Counted from the stretch's first letter, positions 48,736-58,525 are shown. The stretch is DNA of 64,000 nt from Polyangiales bacterium (GCA_038230375.1 JBBRNJ010000007.1:96001-160000), one strand, 5' to 3'. The notes: generated from the letters alone by a model not told the origin. Program-made: numbers and translations.

Positions 48736-49833
48736 ATGGAGACCAGCGCCTATTACCCGTTTGGTTTGCCGCTTTACGTCTTGCTCCTGGTGGTCGAATG
48801 GGTGGTTGCTCGGCGGCGCGGGAGGCCGACTCTTTCGTTCGCGCCCAGCGTGAGCAACGTGTCTTCGGGGGTCGGGTCCATTGTCATGGGCCTGTTCCTC
48901 GGGCCCATGTGGCTTGCGTTGTATGCGTGGGGGGCGCAGACGTTCGCGCTGTTCCACTGGCGGGATGGGTCATGGATTCCGTATGCGCTCGCGCTGGTGC
49001 TCGCGGACCTTGCTCACTACTGGAACCACCGCATGGACCATCGCGTGGCTGCGTGCTGGGCCATCCACGGCGTGCACCATCAGTCGGAGGAGATGAACTT
49101 CACCACCGGCATGCGCCACGGGTGGTTCTCCGACTTCTTCTCCATCCCGTTCTACGCGCCGCTCACGCTGGTGGGGATAGAGCTCCGACATTTCTTCTTC
49201 GCCACGGTCATGCTGTCGCTTCATGCGCTGCTGACACACAGCGCCGTGATTCGTTTCCCGAGCTTCGGCGTCCTGGTCACTCCGCAGTCGCACAACCTTC
49301 ACCACGCGAAGAACGCGCCCTACGCGGACAGGAACTTCGCGGTCATGTTCAGCGTGTGGGACCGGCTCTTCGGAACGTACGTGGCTCTCGACCCGCTCAT
49401 TGCGCCCGTCTACGGGACCACGCGCGGATATCCCACCCACGACGGCGTTCGCGCGCAGTGGGTGCTCTGGGCGGACCTCTTCGCGCGGGCGCGCCTTTGC
49501 ACCGGCCTCCGCGCGAAGGCGCACGTCTTCCTGGGTCGGCCCTCGGACGCGGGGCTTCCGCCGCAGCCGCAGGCACGTGCGTCGCGTGACATCCCGCGCG
49601 CCACCAAGGTGCTCGTCGCAGCGCTGCTGACGCTCACCCTTGGCTCATCGCTCCGGGTGTTCGTGGGCCGCGACCAGTTCGCGTGGTCCACATGGCTGGT
49701 GTGTGGTGCTCTCATCCTTTGGGCGATGTCGTCGCTCTGCAGCGTGCTTGATGGAGGGAGAAAGCTTGCCGCAGTTGCGCAACCAACGGACACTGTGAGG
49801 AGTGCGCCTCTGCGCGCTCCTGGAGGGTCGTGA
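48736..49833 (+). CDS. Sterol desaturase/fatty-acid hydroxylase family protein (AGMO-like)
   Basis: His boxes HRMDH, HGVHH, HNLHH; WDRLFGT. Confidence 0.88.
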   Translation: METSAYYPFGLPLYVLLLVVEWVVARRRGRPTLSFAPSVSNVSSGVGSIVMGLFLGPMWLALYAWGAQTFALFHWRDGSWIPYALALVLADLAHYWNHRMDHRVAACWAIHGVHHQSEEMNFTTGMRHGWFSDFFSIPFYAPLTLVGIELRHFFFATVMLSLHALLTHSAVIRFPSFGVLVTPQSHNLHHAKNAPYADRNFAVMFSVWDRLFGTYVALDPLIAPVYGTTRGYPTHDGVRAQWVLWADLFARARLCTGLRAKAHVFLGRPSDAGLPPQPQARASRDIPRATKVLVAALLTLTLGSSLRVFVGRDQFAWSTWLVCGALILWAMSSLCSVLDGGRKLAAVAQPTDTVRSAPLRAPGGS

Positions 49834-52184
49834 TGCGCAACACTCGTGCTCGGTGGACCCTGGTTCTTGCGGCAGGTCTTGCGGTCGGCGTCGCCGTTGC
49901 CGCCGTGGGTTGCGGCAGCTCGGATGAGTCTCAGTTTGGTGGCGGCGGCGACGACGCGTCCAACGGCGGCGACGAGACCGGGTTCAACAACGGCTTCGGC
50001 AGCAAGGACGGCGCTGTCGACGCGAAGGCCTTCAACAACGACGCAAGCGGCGCGCTCGTCGTGACGCCGGCGGTCGCGAACATCGCCATCACTGTCACGA
50101 ACGGCGTGATCACGGCGAACCTGCCGGCGCAGTTCAAGGCGAACTACAACGGGTCGGTCGTCAATGCGACCTGGCTCTTCGATCGCGGTGAGCTCGGCGT
50201 CGTCAACGGGATGTCCGGGCTCTTCACCGCATCCGGAACCACGGTGGGTGATGGCACCATCACGGCGCGCTTCGGCGCTCGCGAGGGCACCGCGAAGGTG
50301 CACATCACGCTGAGCGAGACGGAGAACGGCCTCCCCAGCAACGTGGACGCCGGCGTGGGTGGCTTCGGAGGGCTTGGTGGTGTCGGCGGCGAGCCGCTCG
50401 GTGGCGCCGTGGACCCCACAATCGTCGCGCGCCTCAAGGCGGAGACCAACGCGAGCGACATCACGTTCCTCTATCCGTACGACAAGACCGTGTGGCCGCG
50501 CGGCCTGCTTCCGCCGCTTCTCATGTGGCAGACCACGAAGGCCGCCGACTCCGTGTACGTGAAGCTGTCGCAGGCGAACTTCACGTTCGAGGGGACCTAC
50601 TCGTACTCCGCGCAGCCCGCGGGCGGTCCGGAGCGACAGCGCGTCCGCATCGAGGACGCCGTGTGGAAGGCCGCAACGGACGGCAACGCGGGCGATCCGC
50701 TCCTGGTCACCGTGAAGGTGTACTCCGCGGCGGACGACAAGGTGTACGGCCCCATCACGGAGTCGTGGACCGTCGCGAACGGCGTGCTCAAGGGCACCGT
50801 CTACTACAACTCGTATGACTCCAAGGTGAACCCGGCGGGCGGCGCCGTGATCGCCATCAAGCCGCGCTCTCCGGAGCCCACGCTCGCCGTGGCTGCGGAG
50901 GCCGGTAAATGCACCGTCTGCCACACGCTGTCCGCGGATGGCTCAACGCTCTGGGCGGAAGACGGCGATCACTACGAGAACGGCGCGTCCTACGATCTGA
51001 CGGACGGCGGCGCGCGGACCTCGTATGTCACCATTGGCGGTGGCGGTATCCCCGCCAACAACCGCAAGTTCGTGTGGTCTGCACCGTACCCCGACGGCGC
51101 GTTCGCGCTCGCGAGCTCGAACTTTGCGCGTGAGGCCTACACGCAGACGGACGCCAAGCTGTTCGCGCGCAGCGACGGTTCCGAGGTGGTCTCCAACGTG
51201 GCGACGTTCGTGACCAGCGCCGTCACGCCAGCGTTCGCGCCGAACGGCAAGAAGGTCGTGTTCAACTTCTGGGAAGGTCCCGGCGGTGGCGGCGTCACCG
51301 CGGGCGCGGGCCGCACGCTCGCCATCCTGGATTTCTCATGCGGCGCCGCCGCCGGCTCGGTGAAGTGCGGAGCGGGCGTCACGCCTGCGTTCTCGAATCT
51401 TCGCCAGATCTACAGCGGCCCGACCAACTATCCGGCGTGGCCAAGCTTCGTTCCCGACGGGACCGCTGTCGTCTTCCACAACACGGTGCAGGGCGGCAAC
51501 TGCGGCCCGGTGCCGCCGACCAAGGGCACGACCGGGGACTGTCAGCTCACCACCTGGTACAACGCGGAGGCGGAGCTCTGGATCGCGCCAGACCCCACGG
51601 CTGCAGTGGACGCAGGAGCCTCACCCGCGCCCATGGCGCTCAACGCGCTGAACGGGAAGACGCCAGGCGGCGCGCTCTACGTGCCCGTCAGTGCCTCGCA
51701 CCCCGACGACTCGATCGTGAACTACCAGCCCACAGTGAATCCGGTCGCTTCGGGCGGCTACTACTGGACAGTGTTCACGTCCCGCCGTCTGTACGGCAAC
51801 CTGATCACCGGCGCGCCGTGGACCTCCACACCAGACGCGAAGAAGCTCTGGGTCGCGGCCATCAACATCAAGACCGGGATGGTGGACCCCAGCCATCCCG
51901 CGTTCTACCTGCCAGGCCAGGAGCTCAGCGCAGGCAACTCGCGCGGCTTCTGGGTCGTGGACCCCTGCAAGGGCGACGGCTCGGGCTGCGAATCCGGCGA
52001 CGAGTGCTGCAACGGCTTCTGTCGCGCAGCCGGAGACGGAGGCGCGCTGGTGTGCGGTCCTCAGCCGCCAGGCAACAAGTGCTCGATGGAGTTCGAGGCC
52101 TGCAAGATCGACGCGGACTGCTGCGATCCGAAGGACCAGTGCATCAACGGTCGCTGCGCCCAGAAGGCGCCAGGCGTGAACTGA
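49833..52184 (+). CDS. Large lipoprotein with TolB/PD40-like propeller and Cys-rich C-terminus
   Basis: AVGC lipobox; PAFAPNG, WPSFVPDG, VFTSRR; C-x6-C-x5-CC repeats. Confidence 0.8.
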   Translation: MRNTRARWTLVLAAGLAVGVAVAAVGCGSSDESQFGGGGDDASNGGDETGFNNGFGSKDGAVDAKAFNNDASGALVVTPAVANIAITVTNGVITANLPAQFKANYNGSVVNATWLFDRGELGVVNGMSGLFTASGTTVGDGTITARFGAREGTAKVHITLSETENGLPSNVDAGVGGFGGLGGVGGEPLGGAVDPTIVARLKAETNASDITFLYPYDKTVWPRGLLPPLLMWQTTKAADSVYVKLSQANFTFEGTYSYSAQPAGGPERQRVRIEDAVWKAATDGNAGDPLLVTVKVYSAADDKVYGPITESWTVANGVLKGTVYYNSYDSKVNPAGGAVIAIKPRSPEPTLAVAAEAGKCTVCHTLSADGSTLWAEDGDHYENGASYDLTDGGARTSYVTIGGGGIPANNRKFVWSAPYPDGAFALASSNFAREAYTQTDAKLFARSDGSEVVSNVATFVTSAVTPAFAPNGKKVVFNFWEGPGGGGVTAGAGRTLAILDFSCGAAAGSVKCGAGVTPAFSNLRQIYSGPTNYPAWPSFVPDGTAVVFHNTVQGGNCGPVPPTKGTTGDCQLTTWYNAEAELWIAPDPTAAVDAGASPAPMALNALNGKTPGGALYVPVSASHPDDSIVNYQPTVNPVASGGYYWTVFTSRRLYGNLITGAPWTSTPDAKKLWVAAINIKTGMVDPSHPAFYLPGQELSAGNSRGFWVVDPCKGDGSGCESGDECCNGFCRAAGDGGALVCGPQPPGNKCSMEFEACKIDADCCDPKDQCINGRCAQKAPGVN

Positions 52185-52217
52185 CTCCAACGTTGACCTG
52201 GGACATGTACCGCGCCG

Positions 52218-52631
52218 CTACAGCGCCGTCCTCGCGAGCACCAAGATCATCTTCAGCTCCGCTGGCGTGACCTTGGTCACGCTGATGCGACTCTTCTTCA
52301 CGAGCGCCATCTCTTTCAACTTCGGGTGCGCCTTCAGGGTTGCCAGCGTCACGGTCTCCACGAACGCCTTCACGGGCACAAGGTCCACCGCGGAGAAGTC
52401 CTCTTCCGTGGTGGGGTCCTGGTACGCCTCGCGCGCGACCTTGCCGATGCCCACGATCTCCTTGCCGTCGTTCGAGTGATAGAAGAGCACCTGGTCGCCC
52501 TTCTTCATCTCGCGCAGGTTGTTGCGAGCCTCGTAGTTGCGCACACCGTCCCAGACAGCCTTCTTTTCTCGCTGAAAACGCTCGAAGCTGTAGACCGAGG
52601 GCTCACTCTTGACGAGGTAGATGGCGCTCAT
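52218..52631 (-). CDS. EVE domain protein
   Basis: LVKSEP, WDGVRNYEARN, MKKGD, FYHS. Confidence 0.93.
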   Translation of the reverse strand: MSAIYLVKSEPSVYSFERFQREKKAVWDGVRNYEARNNLREMKKGDQVLFYHSNDGKEIVGIGKVAREAYQDPTTEEDFSAVDLVPVKAFVETVTLATLKAHPKLKEMALVKKSRISVTKVTPAELKMILVLARTAL

Positions 52632-52678
52632 GGACGGGTACCTACCACGTGATACGGTCGGTCGCAGGAGAACACCCC

Positions 52679-53518
52679 GTGGCCCAACCTCCGTATCAAG
52701 GTCCTCCGCCGCAAGGCGCGCCGCCTCCGCAGTACGCCGACCTTCCGCAGCACGCGCGCGAGCGTCTTGCACGGATGCGCCAGCGTCAGTTCTTCACCAG
52801 CGATCTCTCCGTGAACGAGTTCCTGCTCGTGAAGGAGGTCGGCTTTCACCCCGTGGGCCTGGTGCTCGGGTCGAGCATCTTCCACATCGGCAACCAGTGG
52901 GTGAGCGCCAAGGCCAACTGCGAGATGCAGCAGCTCACGCAGGCGCTCTACCTCTCGCGAGAGCTCGCGATGGCGCGCATGGAGGAAGAGGCGGACTCGC
53001 TCGGCGCTGACGGAATCGTGGGCGTGAAGCTCCAGGTCACGCAGCACGCTTGGGGCGCCAACGTGATCGAGTTCGTCGCCATCGGCACCGCCGTGAAGAA
53101 CGACCAGGGACACAACTGGCGCGCGCCGAACGGCAAGCCATTCCAGTCCGACCTCTCCGGTCAGGATTTCTGGACGCTGCTCCGCGCCGGGTACCGCCCG
53201 CTCGGCTTCGTGATGGGCAACTGCGTGTACCACGTAGGTGAGCTGGGCTTCTTCCAGAAGCTCACGACGCCCGCGCAGGGCGAGATGAAGAACTACACGG
53301 AGGGCCTCTACGACGCGCGCGAGCTCGCCATGGAGCGCATGCAGACGGAGGCAACCGACCTGGGCGCCGAGGGCATCGTCGGCGTGGTGATCGATCAGTC
53401 GAACCACTCGTGGGGCAACAACGTGATCGAGTTCTCCGCAGTGGGCACCGCGGTCGCGCCCATCTCGCGCGACCACAAGATCCCCGTGCCGCAGCTCATT
53501 CTCACCGTCAACGACTGA
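52679..53518 (+). CDS. Double YbjQ (UPF0145)-domain protein 1
   Basis: Two repeats of SDLS...G..P.G.V.G...R..A..RM..EA..LGA.GIVGV...GTAV; AGGAG RBS. Confidence 0.88.
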   Translation: MAQPPYQGPPPQGAPPPQYADLPQHARERLARMRQRQFFTSDLSVNEFLLVKEVGFHPVGLVLGSSIFHIGNQWVSAKANCEMQQLTQALYLSRELAMARMEEEADSLGADGIVGVKLQVTQHAWGANVIEFVAIGTAVKNDQGHNWRAPNGKPFQSDLSGQDFWTLLRAGYRPLGFVMGNCVYHVGELGFFQKLTTPAQGEMKNYTEGLYDARELAMERMQTEATDLGAEGIVGVVIDQSNHSWGNNVIEFSAVGTAVAPISRDHKIPVPQLILTVND

Positions 53519-53530
53519 AAGGGCAGACTC

Positions 53531-54568
53531 ATGGCGCAGCAGCCCTTCGACATCAACGCGAGCCTGGCCCACGTGCGGGCGGGCGGTCTCCCGATCCGCG
53601 CGCAGATCCGCCTGGCGGAAGAGGCGGGCCCGAACAAGAAGCTCTTCACGAGCGATCTGTCCGTGAGCGAGTTCCTGCTCGTGGAAGAGGCCAAGGCGCG
53701 GCCCATCTCGCAGGTGATGGGCTCGTCGGTCTATCGCATCGGAACGGTGAGTGACTACAAGGGCGGCGGCGAACAGATCTTCGAGATCAAGACGCTGTCA
53801 CAAGGCCACCGCGAAGCGCGACGAAAGGCCCTCTCGCGGCTCTTCCAGGAGGCGCGGCTCGTCGGCGCGGATGCGGTGGTCGGCATGCGCCTGTCGGAGC
53901 GCATGATCACCATGGGCAGCCATGGCAAGGGCGGCGACGACGGCGGCGAGATCATCGAGTTCACCGCGGTGGGCACTGCCATCGACGCCAACTGGATCAC
54001 GCACCCGCCCAACGTGCCCGTGGTGACGGACCTCACCGGCCAGGAGCTGTGGGCGCTCGCGCAGGACGGCTTCGAGCCGTGCGGCTTCCTGTTCGACTTC
54101 TGTCGCTACCACGTGTGGCACGTGCTCGCGGGCTGGCAGCAAGGGCAGTCGCAGGGGGAGATCAGCCTTGCGCAACAGGCGATCGAGCTCGCGCGAAAGC
54201 ACGTGGAGGCCAGCATCGAGGACCAGGCCACGAAGTTCGAGGCCGAGTTCGTGGTCGGCTCGGACGTGAAGATCGAGATCAAGGAGGTCCCTTGCGGCTA
54301 CGCGAGCTGCGAGCTGAACGATCTGGACGTGAGCGTGAGCTGGTTCGGTACAGGCGTGCGTCGCGTGCCGCATTTCGTGCCGCCGGAGCATCCAAAGGCG
54401 CCGCCGCTGATCCTCTCGATGATGCCGCTCGGTCGGCGCAAGAACAAGGGCTTCGAGGACGAAGAGGACGAGGCCGACGAGGTAGCGGAGCTCGCCAAGG
54501 AGGCCGAGGAAGAGGCGCTGCGCGAGGACGAGAACCCCAAGGAAGAATCCGGGAGCGACGACGACTGA
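53531..54568 (+). CDS. Double YbjQ-domain protein 2 (divergent, Cys/His-rich, acidic tail)
   Basis: FTSDLSVSEF...GADAVVG...GTAI; second domain has CGFLFDFCRYHVWH and CGYASC. Confidence 0.85.
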   Translation: MAQQPFDINASLAHVRAGGLPIRAQIRLAEEAGPNKKLFTSDLSVSEFLLVEEAKARPISQVMGSSVYRIGTVSDYKGGGEQIFEIKTLSQGHREARRKALSRLFQEARLVGADAVVGMRLSERMITMGSHGKGGDDGGEIIEFTAVGTAIDANWITHPPNVPVVTDLTGQELWALAQDGFEPCGFLFDFCRYHVWHVLAGWQQGQSQGEISLAQQAIELARKHVEASIEDQATKFEAEFVVGSDVKIEIKEVPCGYASCELNDLDVSVSWFGTGVRRVPHFVPPEHPKAPPLILSMMPLGRRKNKGFEDEEDEADEVAELAKEAEEEALREDENPKEESGSDDD

Positions 54569-55476
54569 TGACACAAGGTCGCTACCCCGGTCCCCCGCCG
54601 ACCCCGCAAGGCTACGCGCAGCCCATGCCGTCCGATCTGCCGAAGCACGCGCGCGAGCGCTTGATGCAGATGCGGCAGAAGAAGCTCTTCACGAGCGATC
54701 TCTCCATCAACGAGTTCCTGCTCGTGAAGCAGGCGGGCTTCGAGCCGCTCGGCCTGGTGATGGGGAGCTCCGTCTACCAGATGATGGCGCAGGTGCCGCA
54801 GGTGCCGTACGGACAGTGGGGCGTCGAGGTGGGCTGGATGTCCCACGCGCTCTACCACTCGCGCGAGCTCGCCATGAATCGCATGGAGGAAGAGGCGACC
54901 GAGCTGGGCGCGGACGGAATCGTCGGCGTGCGGCTCGAGGTGAACGTCCACGCGTTCGGCCAGGGCATCCTCGAGTTCATGGCCGTGGGCACGGCGGTCC
55001 GTCATGCGGACGGTGTCAGCTTCCGGAACGCCCACGGCAAGCCATTCCAGTCCGACCTCTCGGGCCAGGAGTTCTGGACGCTCATCAGCGCGGGCTATCG
55101 GCCCGTGGGCTTTGTGATGGGCAACTGCGTCGCGTACGTCCCACCCAACACGCTGCTCGCGACCACGGGCTCCAGCAGTGAAGGCCAGGAGCTGGCGGAG
55201 TACACGCACGTCCTCTACGACGCGCGCGAGCTCGCCATCGGCCGCCTCCAGTACGAGGCGGAGTCGCTTCACGCCGAAGGCATCGTCGGCGTCACGGTCA
55301 CGGAGAAGGAGCACTCGTGGGGCGCGGGCCAGCCCGGCCAGGGAAGGCGCGACGGCAACGCCGCATACACCACGGGCGAGCTCATCGAGCTCTTCGTCGT
55401 GGGCACTGCGGTGATCCGCTACGACACGGGCAAGGCGCTTCCGCCCATCCACCTTGCAGTGCCGCTCAACAAATGA
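54568..55476 (+). CDS. Double YbjQ-domain protein 3
   Basis: Close paralog of protein 1; TGATG overlap with protein 2. Confidence 0.88.
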   Translation: MTQGRYPGPPPTPQGYAQPMPSDLPKHARERLMQMRQKKLFTSDLSINEFLLVKQAGFEPLGLVMGSSVYQMMAQVPQVPYGQWGVEVGWMSHALYHSRELAMNRMEEEATELGADGIVGVRLEVNVHAFGQGILEFMAVGTAVRHADGVSFRNAHGKPFQSDLSGQEFWTLISAGYRPVGFVMGNCVAYVPPNTLLATTGSSSEGQELAEYTHVLYDARELAIGRLQYEAESLHAEGIVGVTVTEKEHSWGAGQPGQGRRDGNAAYTTGELIELFVVGTAVIRYDTGKALPPIHLAVPLNK

Positions 55477-55483
55477 GGCTCTC

Positions 55484-56296
55484 ATGGCGCTAGTCAGAAG
55501 AACCGAGCCCGCGCTGTCCGACCTCTCCGTGACGGAGTTCCTCGTGCTCTCGCGCGCGGGGTTTTTGCCCATGGGCCTGGTCATCGGGACAAGCGTGTAT
55601 GATGCAGGTATCACCTGGAACCTGGGTCAGACGCGGGAGATCCCGGAGCTGGGCTTTGCGATGCACCAGGCGCGCAAGCTCGCGGTGGAGCGCATGCGTG
55701 CACAGGCGAAGGAGCACGGCGCCGAGGGCGTGGTCGGCGTGCGCCTCCAGGTAGAGCACCACAAGTGGCGTGGCGGGCACACTGTCGCGAAGTTCGTGGC
55801 GCTCGGCACGGCCATCTCGTTCGACCGCGCGCATGCGCCGCAGAAGCTCGCGCACGCACCGAGCCTCTTGCTGGCGGGGCAACGGCCGTTCACGTCGGAT
55901 CTGTCGGGTCAGGATTTCGTGACCCTCCTGCGCGCGGGCTACCGGCCCGTGGATCTCGCGATGGGTAGCTCGGTCTACGAGATCGATCCGTCGCTCCTCT
56001 ACAACTACATCGGCGGGACCGTCGAGCTCATCCCCTACACGCAAGCATTCTTCAACGCGCGCGAGGGTGCGATGGACCGGCTCACGGAGGACCTGCATCG
56101 GGACCATCCGAAGGACGGACCGGACTCGCCCGCGGGGATCGTCGGCGTGACCGTGGACGAGCGCGTGCATACGGGCTCCGGATTCGTGGTGGAGTACAGC
56201 GCCATTGGTACCGCCGTCACTGCGCTCGCGGAAGGCGATCCGCGGCGTCATGCGCAGCTCCCGAACCCGACCATCGTCGTGCCGCTCGATCGCTGA
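55484..56296 (+). CDS. Double YbjQ-domain protein 4
   Basis: SDLSVTEF...GAEGVVGV...GTAI; FTSDLSGQDF...GIVGV...GTAV. Confidence 0.85.
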   Translation: MALVRRTEPALSDLSVTEFLVLSRAGFLPMGLVIGTSVYDAGITWNLGQTREIPELGFAMHQARKLAVERMRAQAKEHGAEGVVGVRLQVEHHKWRGGHTVAKFVALGTAISFDRAHAPQKLAHAPSLLLAGQRPFTSDLSGQDFVTLLRAGYRPVDLAMGSSVYEIDPSLLYNYIGGTVELIPYTQAFFNAREGAMDRLTEDLHRDHPKDGPDSPAGIVGVTVDERVHTGSGFVVEYSAIGTAVTALAEGDPRRHAQLPNPTIVVPLDR

Positions 56297-56916
56297 TGGC
56301 GAAGAAGCGTTATGTGGCGGTCGCGGGGACCATCGGCGCGGGCAAGACGTCGCTCGTGGCGTGGCTCGAGAAGCGCTACGGGCTGGTGCCGTTCTACGAG
56401 CCGAACGAGGGCAACCCGTACCTCGCGGACTTCTACGCGGACATGAAGGCGTGGGCGTTCCACTCGCAGGCGTTCTTCCTGGCGCACAAGCTGGAGCTGC
56501 ATCAGGCGCTGGAGCGCTCGCAGGTGCCCGCGGTCATCGACCGCACGATCTACGAGGACGCGGAGATCTTCGCGAAGAACCTCTACCTCCAGAAGTACAT
56601 CGACAAGCGCGACTGGGCCGTCTACCAGCGCCTGTACGAGGGGATCCGTCGCGCGCTGCGGCCACCGGACGTGCTCATCGCGCTCACGTGCTCGCTCTCG
56701 GCGACGAAGAAGCGCATCACGCGGCGCGGCCGCGCGATGGAGTCGAGCATCCCGGACGCGTACCTGCGGCGGCTGCACAAGCTCTACACGCAGTGGTTCG
56801 ACACCTACGACCTCGGGCCCATCGTGCGCATCGACACCACGCGGCTCGACTACGTGGAGAACCTGGTGGACCTCATCGAGCTGAAGGAGCGGATGGACCA
56901 GGTGCTGCGCACGTGA
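56296..56916 (+). CDS. Deoxynucleoside kinase (dAK/dCK/dGK family)
   Basis: GTIGAGKT, YEP, NPYLADFY, DRTIYED, RGRAME; TGATG overlap. Confidence 0.93.
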   Translation: MAKKRYVAVAGTIGAGKTSLVAWLEKRYGLVPFYEPNEGNPYLADFYADMKAWAFHSQAFFLAHKLELHQALERSQVPAVIDRTIYEDAEIFAKNLYLQKYIDKRDWAVYQRLYEGIRRALRPPDVLIALTCSLSATKKRITRRGRAMESSIPDAYLRRLHKLYTQWFDTYDLGPIVRIDTTRLDYVENLVDLIELKERMDQVLRT

Positions 56917-56960
56917 GCAGGCCCGCAGAAAACGAGGCATTTGGTGAATCGAGCGCTACC

Positions 56961-57305
56961 ATGACTGCCATGCGCTGTTCGACGTGCGGTGGGGCCCCGG
57001 TTGCGAGCGACCACGAGACGTGTGATGCCTGCGCCGAGCGTGAGCTCGGTCGCCGCGAGAAGCAACGCAGAGAGCAGCTCGCGTGGCTCTACACCTGCGC
57101 GCGTCGTGCTCTGAAGCTCGCGCGGACGTACGGCATGGCGGACGGCAAGGACGGTCTTCGTGCGCGCGGCTGTCTCGCGCAGGTGAAGGTGTACCGGAAG
57201 GACATTCGCGGTCTGCGCGACGTCCTGGGCCGCGGCGTCTCCCCCGGCATCACGAAGACGCGTCTCCCGGCAGAAGAGCAGAAGCGCGCGTCGCGGGCTA
57301 GCTGA
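56961..57305 (+). CDS. Small basic protein with CxxC...CxxC
   Basis: MTAMRCSTC...TCDAC followed by Arg-rich helices. Confidence 0.55.
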   Translation: MTAMRCSTCGGAPVASDHETCDACAERELGRREKQRREQLAWLYTCARRALKLARTYGMADGKDGLRARGCLAQVKVYRKDIRGLRDVLGRGVSPGITKTRLPAEEQKRASRAS

Positions 57306-57346
57306 AGCCCCGCTCGGCCGCAGGCAGCGGCACACCGGCACCGGGA

Positions 57347-57447
57347 CACGGTCCGTGGCCAGCGGCACACGGCATCTTTCGTAAGCATGCTTACAAGAAC
57401 GCCGTGCACCGGGGTTTTCCTGCGAAACGGCCACGGCACGGACCGTG
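57347..57447. repeat. Nested inverted repeats around a 14-bp perfect palindrome
   Basis: CACGGTCCGTG (57347) / CACGGACCGTG (57437); CACGGC/GCCGTG; core GTAAGCATGCTTAC 57381-57394. Confidence 0.75.
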
Positions 57448-57460
57448 AATGGGAGGGGCC

Positions 57461-58504
57461 ATGCTCTCTTCCAAGCTCGCGGTCGGCCTCGTGGGTGTGT
57501 TGCTCTCCTCGTGCGGGAGCGGGGACGTCGGGCAAGGGGAGCCGGGCCTGGACGTGTTGGCGTCCCCGGTCGTTGCGGAGCCAAGCCCCATGCCGACCCC
57601 CGCCGCGCACGGCTGGAACAGGATGGAAGGCGTCGACCTCATCGACGACGGCTACGTTGCGCCCGAGCTGCACAACTCCGAGATTCACTCGCGGCTGGTC
57701 GATGGCCGATGGGAGCCGATCGCGCAGCCGCCGTCCGCCAATGGTGCCTCCGACGAGCTGCCGTTGACCGGCGGCTCCGCGACCATCGCGCAGATGCAGG
57801 ACACGTTCGCGCCGCCAGCGGTTGGCTCGCTGCCGAGCGGTGAGGTGTTCGTGTTCGGGTTCTTGAGCCAGAAGCTCGGCGTCCTTCACTGGTCCGAGCG
57901 CGCGGGTGAGAGCTTCACGGAGCTGCGCAGTGAGCCGCACTACGCAGACTTCCCGCAGAGCGTGGTCGCGATCTCGCCGGACGACGTGTGGGTCGCTGCG
58001 TCCGCAACGGCCGGCGACTTTGGACCGGATTTTCCAGGCTGCCCGATCATCATCCGGAATGGCCAGAACACGGGCACCGTCGCTCACTTCGATGGTCGCC
58101 GCTGGACTACGCTGCCGTACGAGGCGACGGGGGCGCTGCTGGGTATCTATCCGCGTGAGGCGGGGAAGGTGGAGGTCGTCGCCGGCTCGTTGTTCAATCC
58201 GCGTGCGCGCAGCTCGTACGTGGTGTCGGCCGATGGTGCGTGGGAGAAGGTGCCCGGTCGCATGGCGGATCGCGCGCAGGCGGCCGGCTTCGAGATCGAC
58301 GGCAACAAGGTGCTCCGCGTACGCGGCGACGTGCGCGAGGTGGTCTTCACGGGGGCGCCGCCGCTCGAGGAGGGCGGGCCCACCGAGACGCCGATCGCAG
58401 TCCATGCGCTGCCGAACGGTGAGCTCTGGCTCGAGGTCGCGCTGCTCACCGGCAACGAGACGTTCGGCGTGGCCGAGACGCAGTGGTGGGCGTGGGCAGA
58501 GTGA
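57461..58504 (+). CDS. Hypothetical lipoprotein, beta-propeller-like repeats
   Basis: GGAGG RBS; LLSSC lipobox; SPDDVWVA, HFDGRRW. Confidence 0.7.
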   Translation: MLSSKLAVGLVGVLLSSCGSGDVGQGEPGLDVLASPVVAEPSPMPTPAAHGWNRMEGVDLIDDGYVAPELHNSEIHSRLVDGRWEPIAQPPSANGASDELPLTGGSATIAQMQDTFAPPAVGSLPSGEVFVFGFLSQKLGVLHWSERAGESFTELRSEPHYADFPQSVVAISPDDVWVAASATAGDFGPDFPGCPIIIRNGQNTGTVAHFDGRRWTTLPYEATGALLGIYPREAGKVEVVAGSLFNPRARSSYVVSADGAWEKVPGRMADRAQAAGFEIDGNKVLRVRGDVREVVFTGAPPLEEGGPTETPIAVHALPNGELWLEVALLTGNETFGVAETQWWAWAE

Positions 58505-58525
58505 CGCACGCGAAGCTCGCGGAGC

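Noticed and set aside
50909..50925. CTVCH in the TolB-like lipoprotein as a cytochrome
   Set aside because: Single motif in a propeller context, not enough to call heme binding
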